From Scyliorhinus canicula (taxonomy: Eukaryota), in contig NC_052162.1 in NCBI RefSeq assembly GCF_902713615.1, forward strand, positions 62,859,913 to 62,923,912: 64,000 nucleotides of DNA. The letters are read 5' to 3'. Positions 52,076-63,712 of this stretch are shown piece after piece. The stretch's first letter is position 1; every line of letters begins with the position of its first letter. The notes beneath the pieces are model-generated. The model was not told where the DNA came from, searched no databases, and saw nothing but the letters and a program-made list of their open reading frames with translations. Both the position numbers and the translations under genes were made by a program.

Positions 52076-52284
52076 GCACATAAATAGTCCTAATTAGTCA
52101 TAACTCTGTAATATAGGGAGCGCTTTTTGATTGAAATTTACGGTGATTGTGAATAGATTGTGATTTGGTGTGTAATTAGGAGTTGTGTGCAAGATTCAAA
52201 GATTAATTCCACGTTATGAATAACCAAATTTAACTGGTTCGGGTATTTTTATATTCAGCCCACTGCATTATATATTCATTAGTA

Positions 52285-53810
52285 GAGGAATAATGTTGGG
52301 AAATTGATGAGATTGAAGGCTAATCAATCCCCAGGGCGTGATAATCTAAACCCGAGAGTATCTAAGGAAGTGGCCCGAGAAATAGTGGATGCATTGACGG
52401 TCATCTTCGAAGAGTAGACTCTGGAACAGATTGGAGAGTAGCTAATGTAACCCCACTATTTAAAAGGGAAGTAGAGAGGAGTTCTAGACCAGTCAGCCTG
52501 ACGTCAGGAAAAATCTTATCGAAGATTTTTATGGCACACATGGGGAAAACTGATAGAATTAGACAAGTCGACATGGATTTGTGAAAGAGAAATCATGCTT
52601 GACAAATCTACTGTAATTCTTTGAGGATGTAACTAATAGAGTTGATGAGGGGGAGCCAGTGGATGTGATTTATTTGGACTTTCAGGAGGCTTGCAATAAA
52701 GAACTAGATAGAGATTAGCAAGTAGTATGGAATTGATGTTGTATTGGGATGTATAGAACTGATTGGCAGACAGGAGACAAAGGCTAAGAATAAATGGGTA
52801 ATTTCCAAGTGGCAAGACGACGACCAGTGGGGTACCTTGAGGAGGTTATGACCCCAGTTATTCACAATATATGTTGTATTAAATTATTAGAGGAAACTAA
52901 ATATAATACCTCCTAAGTTTGTAGATGGCACAAAGCTGGGTGGGAGGTGAGCTGTGAGGGGGTGCCTGAGTGTTGTGGACAAGTTGAGTGAGTAGGTAGA
53001 TGCTGTATAATTTGGATAAATGCGAGGTTATCCACTTTGGTAGTGAAAAGAAGAGGCCAGGTTATTTTCGAAATGGCTATAAATTAAGGGTGGGCAATGT
53101 GCAACGAGACCTAAGTGTCCTCGTACACCCAGTTGCTGAAACTAAGCATGCAGGTGCAGCAGTTTTGGGGGGGGGGGGGGGGGGGAGAGAGGAAGGAAGG
53201 AAGGCAAAAGGGGGGGGAAAGGCAAAAGGGTATGTTGGCTTGCATAGCGAGCAAATTGAGTACAGGAGCAGGGATGTCTTCCTGCAATTGTACAGGGTCT
53301 TGGTGAGGTGACACCTGGAAATATTGTGTGCAGTTTTGGTCGTCTTATCTGAGGAAGGATGTTCTTGCTCGAGCGAGAGAGTGCAACAAAGGTTTACCAG
53401 AATGACTCCTGGGATGGCAGGACTGACCTGCGAAGATAGATTGAGCTGGCCAGGGTTATATTTGTTGGGGTTCAGAAGAAGTGGAGGGGGAATCTTGTAG
53501 AAACCTAATAAGGTTCTAACAGGCCGCGGTGGTGGATGCAGGAAGGATGTTTCCGATGGTGGATTGTCCAGAACGGAGGTTGTAGTCTCAGGATACACGG
53601 TACATCTTTTAGGACTGAGATGAATCTTCACCCAGAGAATTCTCTAGCACAGAAAACATTTGAGAAACAAATGGTATGTTTTCAAGAAGGGAGTAAGGGG
53701 GCTTATGAGGGTGAAAGCAGGATCAGGCTATTGAGTTTGATGGCCACCCCTGATCATTTAATGGTGGAGCAGGCTCAAGTGGCTGAATGGCCTACTCCTA
53801 TGGTTCTCTA
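52285..53810 (+). mobile_element. degenerate CR1 ORF2 and 3' UTR
   Basis: LDKCEVIHFG, LQLYRVLVR; many frameshifts. Confidence 0.85.
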
Positions 53811-53835
53811 ACCCTTAGTTATATTTCTCACTCAG

Positions 53836-53962
53836 GGCATGGAAATGCTGACTGGAGCCTTATTCCAAAGACCTCCTCTGATTGCTGCCGTCAAGAGACA
53901 GTTAAGAGTCCGGACCATCTACGATAGTAAACTAATTGAGTATGATCCAGAGAGGCGGTTAG
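53836..53962 (+). CDS. DKC1: DKC1 exon 7
   Basis: [29 protein letters not shown]; 127 nt. Confidence 0.97.
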
Positions 53963-54663
53963 GTGAGTTTTATTTTCTGTAATCCCAACAACGTCTAATT
54001 TAAATAGAACCTTTTAATATAACAAAATGTCCTGGTGTGCTTCAGGGGAATGTTATTAAACAGAATTTGTCACGGGGAAACATGCAACATTAGGATGGGT
54101 GGCCAATATCTTGGGTCAGAGGTCATTTTTAAGCATTTGAAGGAGGAGACTGATGGAGCTTCAATTACTGAGACAATTAAAGTTGAGGGTGCTTCAGAGA
54201 TCAAAATTGAAGGACAACGGAGATCATTGGCTGAGGGGGTGGTTACGGTGTTGTAGGGCTGGCAGTGTTTATACAGGGATAGGGAGTGGTCCAGCCAGTC
54301 TATGACCACAGATTTGTAAACAAAGGTGAAAATGTCGCCGGCCAGAGGCTGTAATAGATCATTGCGCACTGGTAGTAGGTCAATAAAATATAGTTTTGAA
54401 TGTGCGCAAGTTCATATTTGAAGATGAGGGATTATCCAGAAGAGTACTTGGAATAGTTGGGTCTGGAAGGATCAAAAGCATGGATCAGGGTTTTAGCAAA
54501 CAATTAGTGGAGTCAGGTAATGTTACATAAAATGTAGCAACTGAATAGTTTGGAGATGAGCAAAAGCTGATCAACTCAGCAGAAAGGTGATGTATAGTTG
54601 AAAACATAGTTGAAGGGAATGTTACAATGAGCTGTCCTTTTCACACTTGCCAAGCTGCTTTCT

Positions 54664-54740
54664 AGCCACATGATGTTGAATAGATGACATTAGCACACTG
54701 TGCCAAGATGACTTCTACCTATCACCCTTGACTGATGGCT
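54664..54740 (+). ncRNA. SNORD84: C/D box snoRNA, SNORD84/SNORD117 (U83/U84) family, DKC1 intron 7
   Basis: AGCCA-C-ATGATGT ... CTATCACCCTTGA-CTGA-TGGCT; terminal stem; 3' end matches human SNORD84 as recalled. Confidence 0.85.
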
Positions 54741-54831
54741 GTGCACCCTGGCTTGTTTAATAAGTATTGTACAAATCTCCTTCATGTACTTTATGGCGAT
54801 GAGTGGCTATTTTCTCGTTTAAACTAGTTAA

Positions 54832-55035
<204 letters not shown>

Positions 55036-55064
55036 TAAATCGTCTTAATTTAGCATGAGGAAGG

Positions 55065-55392
55065 GTGGCACAGTGGGTTTACTCTGGGTGCTCTGGTTTC
55101 CTCACACAGTCCAAAGATGTGCAGGTTAGGTGGATTGGCCATGCTAACTTGCCCCATGGTGTCCAAAGGGTTAGGTGGGGTTACAGGGATAGGGTGGAGG
55201 TGTGGGCTTCAGTATCGTACTCTTTCCATGGGCCTGTGCAAACTCTTATGTGGATTGGTCATGCTAAATTGCCCTTTAGTGTCCAAAAGGTTAGGTGGGG
55301 ATAGGGTGGAGGAGGGAGCTTAAGTAGGGTTCGCTTCCCAGGGCTGGTGCAGATTTGATTGTCCAAATGGCCTCCTGCACTGTAAATTCTGT
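55065..55392 (+). mobile_element. V-SINE with internal duplication
   Basis: V-domain 3' segment present twice. Confidence 0.7.
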
Positions 55393-55553
55393 AAAGTTAT
55401 TGTCAGAGCTCATTTTCTGGTTGCCGTTTTTCTGGTTATTTCCTGGTTATTGTTTGATTAATACGCTATGGATAGCATGCTCCAATGAATGTGCTAAAAA
55501 CTGCTGCAAGGTAATGGCTACTGCATCTATTGTCTTGTTCGATATTGTATTGA

Positions 55554-55689
55554 TTCCAAAGTGTTGAGTTCAGTACAGGTTATGATCCTCCTGCGCTGGT
55601 AATTGTACTTTGGAGAAAGTGAAAAGCAATGGGGTTGATACACTTGGTGGCAATATGTACCCCCACCAAGAAACTCCTGGCTGACAGTT
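55554..55689 (+). ncRNA. SNORA36: H/ACA snoRNA SNORA36, DKC1 intron 8
   Basis: 5' TTCCAAAGTGTTGAGTTCAGT matches human SNORA36A; hairpin closes with CTTTGGA; hinge ANANNA; ACA at 55684; same host intron as in human. Confidence 0.88.
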
Positions 55690-55757
55690 ATATTTTAAAA
55701 TAGTTTTATATTTCTGCTGGTAACTTGATTGTTAAAGCTTTTTCTTTGTAACTTCAG

Positions 55758-55901
55758 GATAACATGGTAACAATGCATGATGTGTTGGATGCCCAGTGGC
55801 AGTATGACCACAACAAGGATGAGACCTATCTGCGTCGTGTCATCTACCCCCTTGAAAAACTGATGGCAACCCACAAACGACTTGTTATGAAGGACAGTGC
55901 A
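55758..55901 (+). CDS. DKC1: DKC1 exon 9
   Basis: [14 protein letters not shown]...RLVMKDSA; 144 nt. Confidence 0.97.
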
Positions 55902-56355
55902 GTAAGTAGAGAAAATTCTGGATATGTGAACGAAAATGTTGGTTTGTGCCCAACATTTTAAACCACCGTTACTCTTTACAGAGCTCATAATCCTGATGTG
56001 TCCCCATTTGAGTGAATGTTGGCTTATGTTTATACCCACAGTAATGTAGCTTTATTAAAATTACTGATGGCAGAACGGAACAATGCAAGGTTGTGTTGGT
56101 AATGACCAATGTTGACAACCCTCCAAAACCAGTCATGTTTTCTGCTAAAATGAGCCAATAATTACTACTGAAATTTTTTTGGCAGTCTGAAAGTCGGGCT
56201 CTTTAATATGTAATTCATTTCTATATGCATATATTTAAAATTATGAACTGTTGAAGTATGCAAGCAGGCCATTGGGCATCTGTGACACTCTTTTCAAAAA
56301 CCTATAGCCTGCTGAACTGCTTGCTTCTGTCTCATTAAGTGATTTGTTCTGTTAG

Positions 56356-56487
<132 letters not shown>

Positions 56488-56559
56488 TAGGATTAACTAT
56501 TAATATTTGTGGGACAGTTGGGAGAATTTTGTTTTGTGTGGCTCAGTTTAAGGTAATCT

Positions 56560-58690
56560 AATCATAAGAGATCTACAGCACAGAAACTGCCCGTTGGCCA
56601 ATTGTTCTTGCACCGGTCAAAATCAACCACCTACATATTCTAATCCCATTTTTGAGCAATTGCCCATAGCCCTACCTTTTACATTTTACGAGGGTCACTG
56701 CCTCCAGCATCCTTGTCAGGCAGTAAGTTCCAGACTCAAATTTTCGCTTGCATCCCCTTAACCCTCTTAAATCTATTTCCCCATGTCACTGATCCCTCCA
56801 TAATGGGGAAAAGTTTCTTCCTGTCTTCTTTATCCAAGCCCCCTCATAATTTTATTCATCTCAATCATTTCCCACCTCAGTTTCACCTGCTCCAAGGAAA
56901 CCAACACCAGTCTGTCCAGTACTCTTAACCAACATTTTATATATTTCTAGCATAGCCTCCCTGCTCCTGAACTCTGTCTCAGCTAAAATCAGTAGACATA
57001 CCATGTGCCACCTTAACCATTTTATCCACCTGCCCTGCTACCTTAAGGGACCAGTGTACATACACATCAAGGATCCTCTGATCTTTGGTGCTTTCCAGGG
57101 TCCTTCAACTCATCATGTGTTCTCTTGCTTTGTTTGTCCTGACCATGCACCACCTCTCACTTATCCAGATTGATTTCCATTTGTGATTGACCAGCTCATC
57201 TCTATCCTCCAGTAATCTAAAGCTATCCTCTCTATTTGCCACCCACCAATTTTTTTGTATGATCAGTAATCTTACTGATCAACCCTTCTACATTCGAGTT
57301 TAAATTATTTGTATAAACACCAAGGGCCCCAATACTGACCCCTGCAGAATCCCACTGAACGCAGGTTTCTAATCCGAAAAACACCCTTCGACCATCACCC
57401 TCTACTTGCCAGTTCTGGACGATTTCTGCCAGATGACTCCAGAACTCCTGTATGCTAATTTCTTTAAGTTCATCACCATCCTTCTGCCTGATTTCTGTAC
57501 TCTCTGTCTGTGCGGAGTCTGCACGTCCTCCCCATGTGTGCGTGTGTTTCCTCCCACAGTCCAAAGATGTGCGGGTTAGCTGGATTGGCCATGCTAAATT
57601 GCCCGCAGTGTCCTAAAAAGTAAGGTTGGGGGGGGGGGGGGGGGGTTATTGTGTTACGAGTATAGGGTGGATACGTGGGTTTGAGTAGGGTCGGCACAAC
57701 ATCGAGGGCCGAAGGGCCTGTTCTATGCTGTACTGTTCTATTCTATTCATTGTCCCCCTCACTAGTGAGCACTGACACAAAACTTATTTATTTAGAAATT
57801 AATGTACTTGTAAAACAAGTTGGAATTTTCCTTTGTTTTGCTTGTTAGTATTCTTGCCTGTTCCCTTTTTGTTCTCCTAATCTCCGTCTTGCACATTCTA
57901 TAATCTCTGGCTTCTGCTGTTTTTGAGCCCTCGATTTCCAGGGTGCACTGCATTTGTTGGGCCCACACTTTTTCTTTATTGGAACATGTTAGCCATGTAC
58001 TCTTTCCCATTTCCTTCTTGAATGCGCCCCACACCTTTGCCACTAGCAGTCCACTCTGACCAATTCACATCTGATCTTAATAAAATTGGCCTTCTCCCAG
58101 TTTAGAACTTTGATTTCAGACCATCCTTGTTCTTTTCCATAACCGTGACGTTATGATCACTGTCTGCAAAATACTCCTGCTGGTATTTCAATCACTTGCC
58201 TGGTTTTGTTACCTAAAATTAAGTCCAGGACTACCCCCTCTCTTGTAGGTCCATCTATGTACTGGTTTAAAACATTCTGGATGCATTTTAAGAATTCTGT
58301 TCCTTCTAAATAGGGCCTCACGGTAGCATGGTGGTTAGCATCAATGCTTCACAGCTCCAGGGTCCCAGGTTCGATTCCCGGCTGGGTCACTGTGTGGAGT
58401 CTGCACATCCTCCCTGTGTGTGTGTGGGTTTCCTCCGGGTGCTCCGGTTTCCTCCCACAGTCCAAAGATGTGCGGGTTAGGTGGATTGGCCATGCTAAAT
58501 TGCCCGTAGTGTAAGGTTAATGGGGGGATTGTTGGGTTACGGGTATACGGGTTATGTGGGTTTAAGTAGGGTGATCATTGCTCGGCACAACATTGAGGGC
58601 CGAAGGGCCTGTTCTGTGCTGTACTGTTCTATGTTCTATGTTCTAAACCTTTCACACTGACTACCCCAGTTATTGTTGTTTGGGAAGTTA
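56560..58690 (-). mobile_element. degenerate CR1 fragments with inserted V-SINEs (57503-57745 and 58312-58644, +)
   Basis: CR1 ORF2-like remnants; SINE family matches. Confidence 0.7.
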
Positions 58691-58827
58691 ACGTGCACCT
58701 TTAAGGCGATTATCTGTTGTAGAATTGTATTTTTGGGGGGGGGGGGGGCATGATTCTGTAGGGCACGAGGCTATGGGAAGAACAGGAGTACTATGTATGT
58801 TTGAAAGGGATCCCTGCAAACTCATAA

Positions 58828-59004
<177 letters not shown>

Positions 59005-59475
59005 TGAGTTCCAGTTAGTCTGTAACCACAGGCAGGTTGATAATGAACATTTAGCATTTTGTGCAAATACAGTTTTTGCCTTGACTCGTGGCTAGTACAT
59101 TCAGTTTGCTCATACTTGAGCTGTGATTTCTGAGGTGATTGGCTGAACAGTCATCCGTGGTGATAGTAAAAGAGATGCAATAAAGAACTGCTTTGAAATG
59201 TTGAATTATGTTACAGTTTATAGGTGAGCTTGTGTGTATATTAGCAGAACAACTGAACGTGCACGACATGTCAGTTTGTTGAGTCACTGCACACATTCCT
59301 GATGCTCGAGGGTGAATGGAGTCTCCTGTCCTTGACGGTTTGGGTTAAATGGGGAAAATGCGAAAGATTTTGACCAGTGTCTAAGGGCTTGTTTTAAGTC
59401 TCTGGCCAAAATCCATTGTAGCTGATGCTGGGTGTAAAATAATTAAAAATTAACAATTTGCATTTTATTTTCAAG

Positions 59476-59579
59476 GCAAGTCAGAAGAAAATGATGATTA
59501 AGCAGGGTTTGTTAGATAAACATGGCAAACCAAGTGAAAATACTCCCGAATCGTGGAAGAAGGACTATGTTGATTATAA
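59476..59579 (+). CDS. DKC1: DKC1 exon 12
   Basis: [27 protein letters not shown]; 104 nt. Confidence 0.97.
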
Positions 59580-59660
59580 GTAAGTATTTTTTGTTTAGTT
59601 TTGTATTGGGAAGTTAGTATAACTTTTCTGACCTAGCTTTTTTCTGCATATGTTATGTTG

Positions 59661-59679
59661 TACCACTAGGTGGCACACC
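59661..59679 (+). promoter_or_regulatory. CTCF motif
   Basis: CCACTAGGTGGCAC matches the CTCF core consensus. Confidence 0.5.
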
Positions 59680-59834
59680 GTCCACATTAATATACAAAAT
59701 GGAGCTATATTTTGTACTTGATCTTGATTTTAAATGGGTCTGCTACAGAATACGTTGTGAATTTAACGTTGTGGATCTTAATGTGCACTGTCTAACTAGG
59801 TCTTCATCAGTGAACTGAATTCTCAAAAGAAATG

Positions 59835-60095
59835 TGTACCCTTCACAACATCCAGATGTCCCAATGTGCTTCACAGCCAATAAAGTGTACTCTTTGAAGC
59901 GTTGTAATTGGGGAAAAGCAACGCAAATGTTTAAGCCCAACAATCTTCCGCCAGTAGTAATGTGACAAGTGGCGTGATAATCTGTTTAAACTGTTTGAGG
60001 GATAGCATTGGCCAGGGCATGGAGAATTTTCCACTCTATTTTTGAAATTGTTCCATGGGATCTTTTGCATCCACCTCAGGGAGCAGATGAGGCAC
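59835..60095 (-). mobile_element. Deu-domain SINE remnant
   Basis: Reverse complement of the Deu core (CCATGGGATCTTTTGCATCCACCT). Confidence 0.65.
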
Positions 60096-60227
60096 GTCCT
60101 CAATACTGTTATCCTAGATGATTTGTGATTTGCATGCAACAGTGTTGCCAACTAATCCATGATTGAAATCCAAAGTCACCATACAATGGTAAATGGACTG
60201 TTTTTTAATTTCTACTGAGTTTTATGA

Positions 60228-60368
60228 TAGCAGATAGTTATCCCTTTCCAGTCTGGTGTGGCTTTTAGAGGGGGGTCAGTCTGAAAGAGGATTTGGAATT
60301 GCATCTTCATTTTAACTCTGTCAAACTGTTGTGTCAAACTGTTGGTGTTCCGCTGGTTTAGCACACTG
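60228..60368 (+). ncRNA. SNORA56: H/ACA snoRNA SNORA56 (5' hairpin and H box clear; 3' half uncertain), DKC1 intron 12
   Basis: GCAGATAGTTATCCCTTTCCAGTCTGG..TAGAGGGGGGTCAGTCTG resembles the human SNORA56 5' hairpin; H box AGAGGA at 60286-60291. Confidence 0.7.
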
Positions 60369-60506
60369 GCTTGGAATGCAGAACCAGGCAGCAGCGAGAG
60401 TTCAATTCCCGCACCGGCCTCCCCAGGACAGGTGCCGGAATGTGGCGACGAGGGGCTTTTCACAGTAACTTAATTGAAGCCTACTTGTGATAATAAGCAA
60501 TTATTA
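60352..60506 (+). mobile_element. short tRNA-derived SINE
   Basis: Same family as 454-625. Confidence 0.8.
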
Positions 60507-60671
60507 TCCTAACGTGTTCAGACTAAGAATTGCAATGATGAGTTTTTCTGGCTTCTTTCTGGTAATAGTGAGTGTGTGTAAGTCACCTGTTTTGGTGTTT
60601 TCTGGAGGTAACTAACTTGCATGCCTCTTTTAATAATGTTCACTGAAATGTACAAATTGGTTTCTTTTTAG

Positions 60672-60723
60672 TCTGGGAACTGCAGCAGCATCTGGCAATG
60701 CAACCCAAGTTAAACCAGTGAAA
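60672..60723 (+). CDS. DKC1: DKC1 exon 13
   Basis: tttag|T CTG GGA...GTG AAA|gtaagt; restores phase 0. Confidence 0.8.
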
Positions 60724-61269
60724 GTAAGTGTCCAGAGGTAGGGGTTCACTGTGCTAATTGATAATCCAATGACTCAATAGAGCTAATTAATTAGTTATGT
60801 TTGTTCTGAACGAAGTTGGTACTTGAAGTGCGATTTATTTTTCTGATTCATAATATTGTGAGAGAGATATGTGGATATAGATATGTGATGTAAATCTGGG
60901 GAAACATTAACTTTATGCAACTGCTTAGTGGCCCCGAGAAACGCAAATTATGCTGTTGGGAGTCATGGGTTAGGCATTTGACATACCCTGAAAATGTATT
61001 GGGATAGAAACTGGCCCAATCAGATCAAATTAGCTTCCCTATAGCTTGCTTTGTGCCACTGTCAGGTCACCTCTCCTAGGCCATTGCTAGCATTGGATTA
61101 TTTCTATCTGCAGGCTTGTGTGCCCCTGATGGCCTAGCATTAAATTTTCTTGTTTTACATCGAGCCTTGTCCACATTTACATGCACCCAATCAAGTGATC
61201 ACTCTTTACATCGGCTGACTGTTGAACATGCGCGTGTGAATAGTTGGTGCCCTAATGCTGAATTGTAAT

Positions 61270-61770
61270 GGGCACAAATTAACTAAATGGGAACAAAGTC
61301 CCGTAGCGAGTGTGTTTAGCTGTGTGGCTATAGGGTATAAAACTATTTGCGTTCAATAAAGGGCCTCAACGGGTGCGTTCAATAGGGGCCTCAACGGGGG
61401 ACACGTGGCCGAGGCTGCGCATATCTCCAATTTTACAATGTATTACGGGGGGGGTGGTCCCAACCCCTGCATCCCCTCAACATCCACGGCTTGATCGCGC
61501 ATGTGCAAAAAATGCCAGCAGTGTCCCTGCCAACTGGCAGTGCCAACGTACCTCCCTGCCCAAAGGACATGTTCCTGGGAGATGCCGACGAGTGCCATTC
61601 CGCCTGGTCCCGCTTGTGAAGACTGCACCGAATGGCGCTAGCCCGAGGTCTCCGGGGCAAGGGAGATCAATCCCATGCCTCAAGAATCTGCACAATAAGG
61701 TGAGACTGGCTGTCTCGCTTTAATTTGCAAATTTGCTTTTTTTTTTTAAGCAATTTTTTTCCCCTCTCTT

Positions 61771-61801
<31 letters not shown>

Positions 61802-61969
61802 ACCACAATGGGCAGGATTCACATTGCAATGTCTCGAGAGATTGCATTAGATCTCGCGAGGTGTTGCAAGTCGAGTACTTCCTGGGAGCGGGGTCTCCTG
61901 GCTCTTATTGGCCATGCTGCGCTACGGCACGCTGCTTTTCGGGTGCTATATGGCCGTTCAATCGCGCCT
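61270..61969. mobile_element. non-autonomous TIR element related to 33767-34517
   Basis: Degenerate TIRs GGGCACAAATTAAC / GTTCAATCGCGCCT; shared internal motifs. Confidence 0.5.
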
Positions 61970-62024
61970 GATGCGTTTGTTGTAGTACTGGTTCCACTCA
62001 ATTATGTAATTTGTGTCTTCTCAG

Positions 62025-62165
62025 AGAAAGCGAGAGACTGAAAGCGAGAGTGATGAGCCAGTAGTCCCAACCACCCCAACAACACCAAAATCTCCACCAG
62101 ATCTGGGCAAGAAAGACAAAAAGAAAAAGAAAGAAAAGAAGCAAAAGTTATTGCTGGCGACAGAA
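62025..62165 (+). CDS. DKC1: DKC1 exon 14
   Basis: RKRETESESDEPVVPTTPTTPK..KKDKKKKKEKK; phase 0/0. Confidence 0.92.
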
Positions 62166-62621
62166 GTAAGTGTTGGTAGTATGGTGCCGGAGAGCACTGT
62201 TCCTATTTGGATACTATACAGTCGGTGCTTACAGAGGAAAGTAGGAACTGCTCAGGGGCTTGTTTTCTTCCAATCCAGCTTGAGTTAATATTTGTTTATG
62301 GGTATCACTGGCTAAGCCAGTATTTATCGCCATCTTTAATTACCCTCAAAAGATGGAAGCGACTCACACCTTGAACCGCTGCCAGGCTTTTTTTCTAGAC
62401 CATATTGTATTTTGCAGTGCTTTTCCCGATGTCCAGTTTAAGAAAATGATGTATGACAGCAAATTTCTCTTAACCAAGCATGTGCAATTTTGTTACACTT
62501 CTCAATAGAGCAATTTTGGTTTCTGTAAATTCTCAAATTGGGTAATATCAGACTAGAATTGTTATGTGATTGTGCACTTGAGGGCTTCCGAGTTACGTTT
62601 ATTGGTCTTTACTTGGTGCAG

Positions 62622-62726
62622 TTGGAAACTGGAAGTGTTGATCCAAAATCTACCCCAGTGACGACGCCCAAGAAAGAGAAGAAGAAGAAGCAAAAAGAAA
62701 TTGAAAAGGGTGAATCTGCAAGTGGG
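62622..62726 (+). CDS. DKC1: DKC1 exon 15 (additional Lys-rich exon)
   Basis: cag|LETGSVDPKSTPVTTPKKEKKKKQKEIEKGESASG|gtaagt; phase 0/0. Confidence 0.8.
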
Positions 62727-62918
62727 GTAAGTGCTGTTAATAGCCATTAATAAATAAAGAGTAGGCTTGTGGATTTGTTCACTTTTATTACTGCAAAACA
62801 ACTGAATGTGTTTGGTTTCCTGTCTGGCAATTTAAGTTGTAGTAATGCTTTATTCCTTTTGGAGATCAAACTGACACGAGGAGGTGATTGCATCGTGGTA
62901 TTGTCACTGGTCAGTAAA

Positions 62919-63200
62919 GGGGCAGCATGGTAGCACAGTTGCTGCACAGCTCCAGGGTTCCAGGTTCAATTCCCGGCTTGGGTCACTGACTGCAGAGTCT
63001 GCACGTTCTCCCCGTGTCTGCGTGGGTTCCCTCCCACAGTCCAAAGATGTGCAGGTTAGGTGCATTGGCCATGCTAAATTGCCCTTAGTGTCCAAAATTT
63101 TAGGTGACGTTATGGGTGTGGGCTTAAGTGAGGTGCTATTTCCAAGGGCCGGTGCAGACTCGATGGGCTGTCAGGCCTCCTTCTGCACTGTGTAATTTCC
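62919..63200 (+). mobile_element. HE1/V-SINE
   Basis: Family match. Confidence 0.8.
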
Positions 63201-63712
63201 ATGATAAACCAGAGACTCCGAGCAATGCTCCAGTGTCCCCAGATGGCTAAATTTGAATTCGCTAAAAGTCTAATTATGACCATGAAACCATTATCGATTG
63301 TCTGAAACACTCATCTGATTCACAAATGTCCTTTTAAGGAAGGAAATCTGCTGTCTTTATCTGATGTAGCCCACTCCAGATCCACAGCAACGTGGTTGAC
63401 TCTTAACAGCACCCCTCACGGGCAATAAATGCTGCCCTAGCCTTTGACTCCTCCCACGTCCCTAGTGGACAATTCTTTTAAAATGTTGGTATGTCATGCT
63501 GTTGGACCCATGTGTGTACTTTAGTTTCTAACCTTGGGTGGGGGGGGGGGGGGGGGGGTTGTTGCTCATCCAGCTGCTTTCTGAAATAGTCCTGTGCTCA
63601 TCAATTCAGCAGCCTTTGCGTCTCTGCTGCTGACTGGTCACGTGATCATTTGGCTGTTTTACTGATGTTTACAGCCGTTTCTTTGTTTGCTAATGCCATT
63701 AATGTTCCACAG

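Noticed and set aside
61040-61180. Hairpin CTAGGCCAT/ATGGCCTAG followed by ACATTT in DKC1 intron 13
   Set aside because: Single stem with no H box or pocket geometry; compatible with chance
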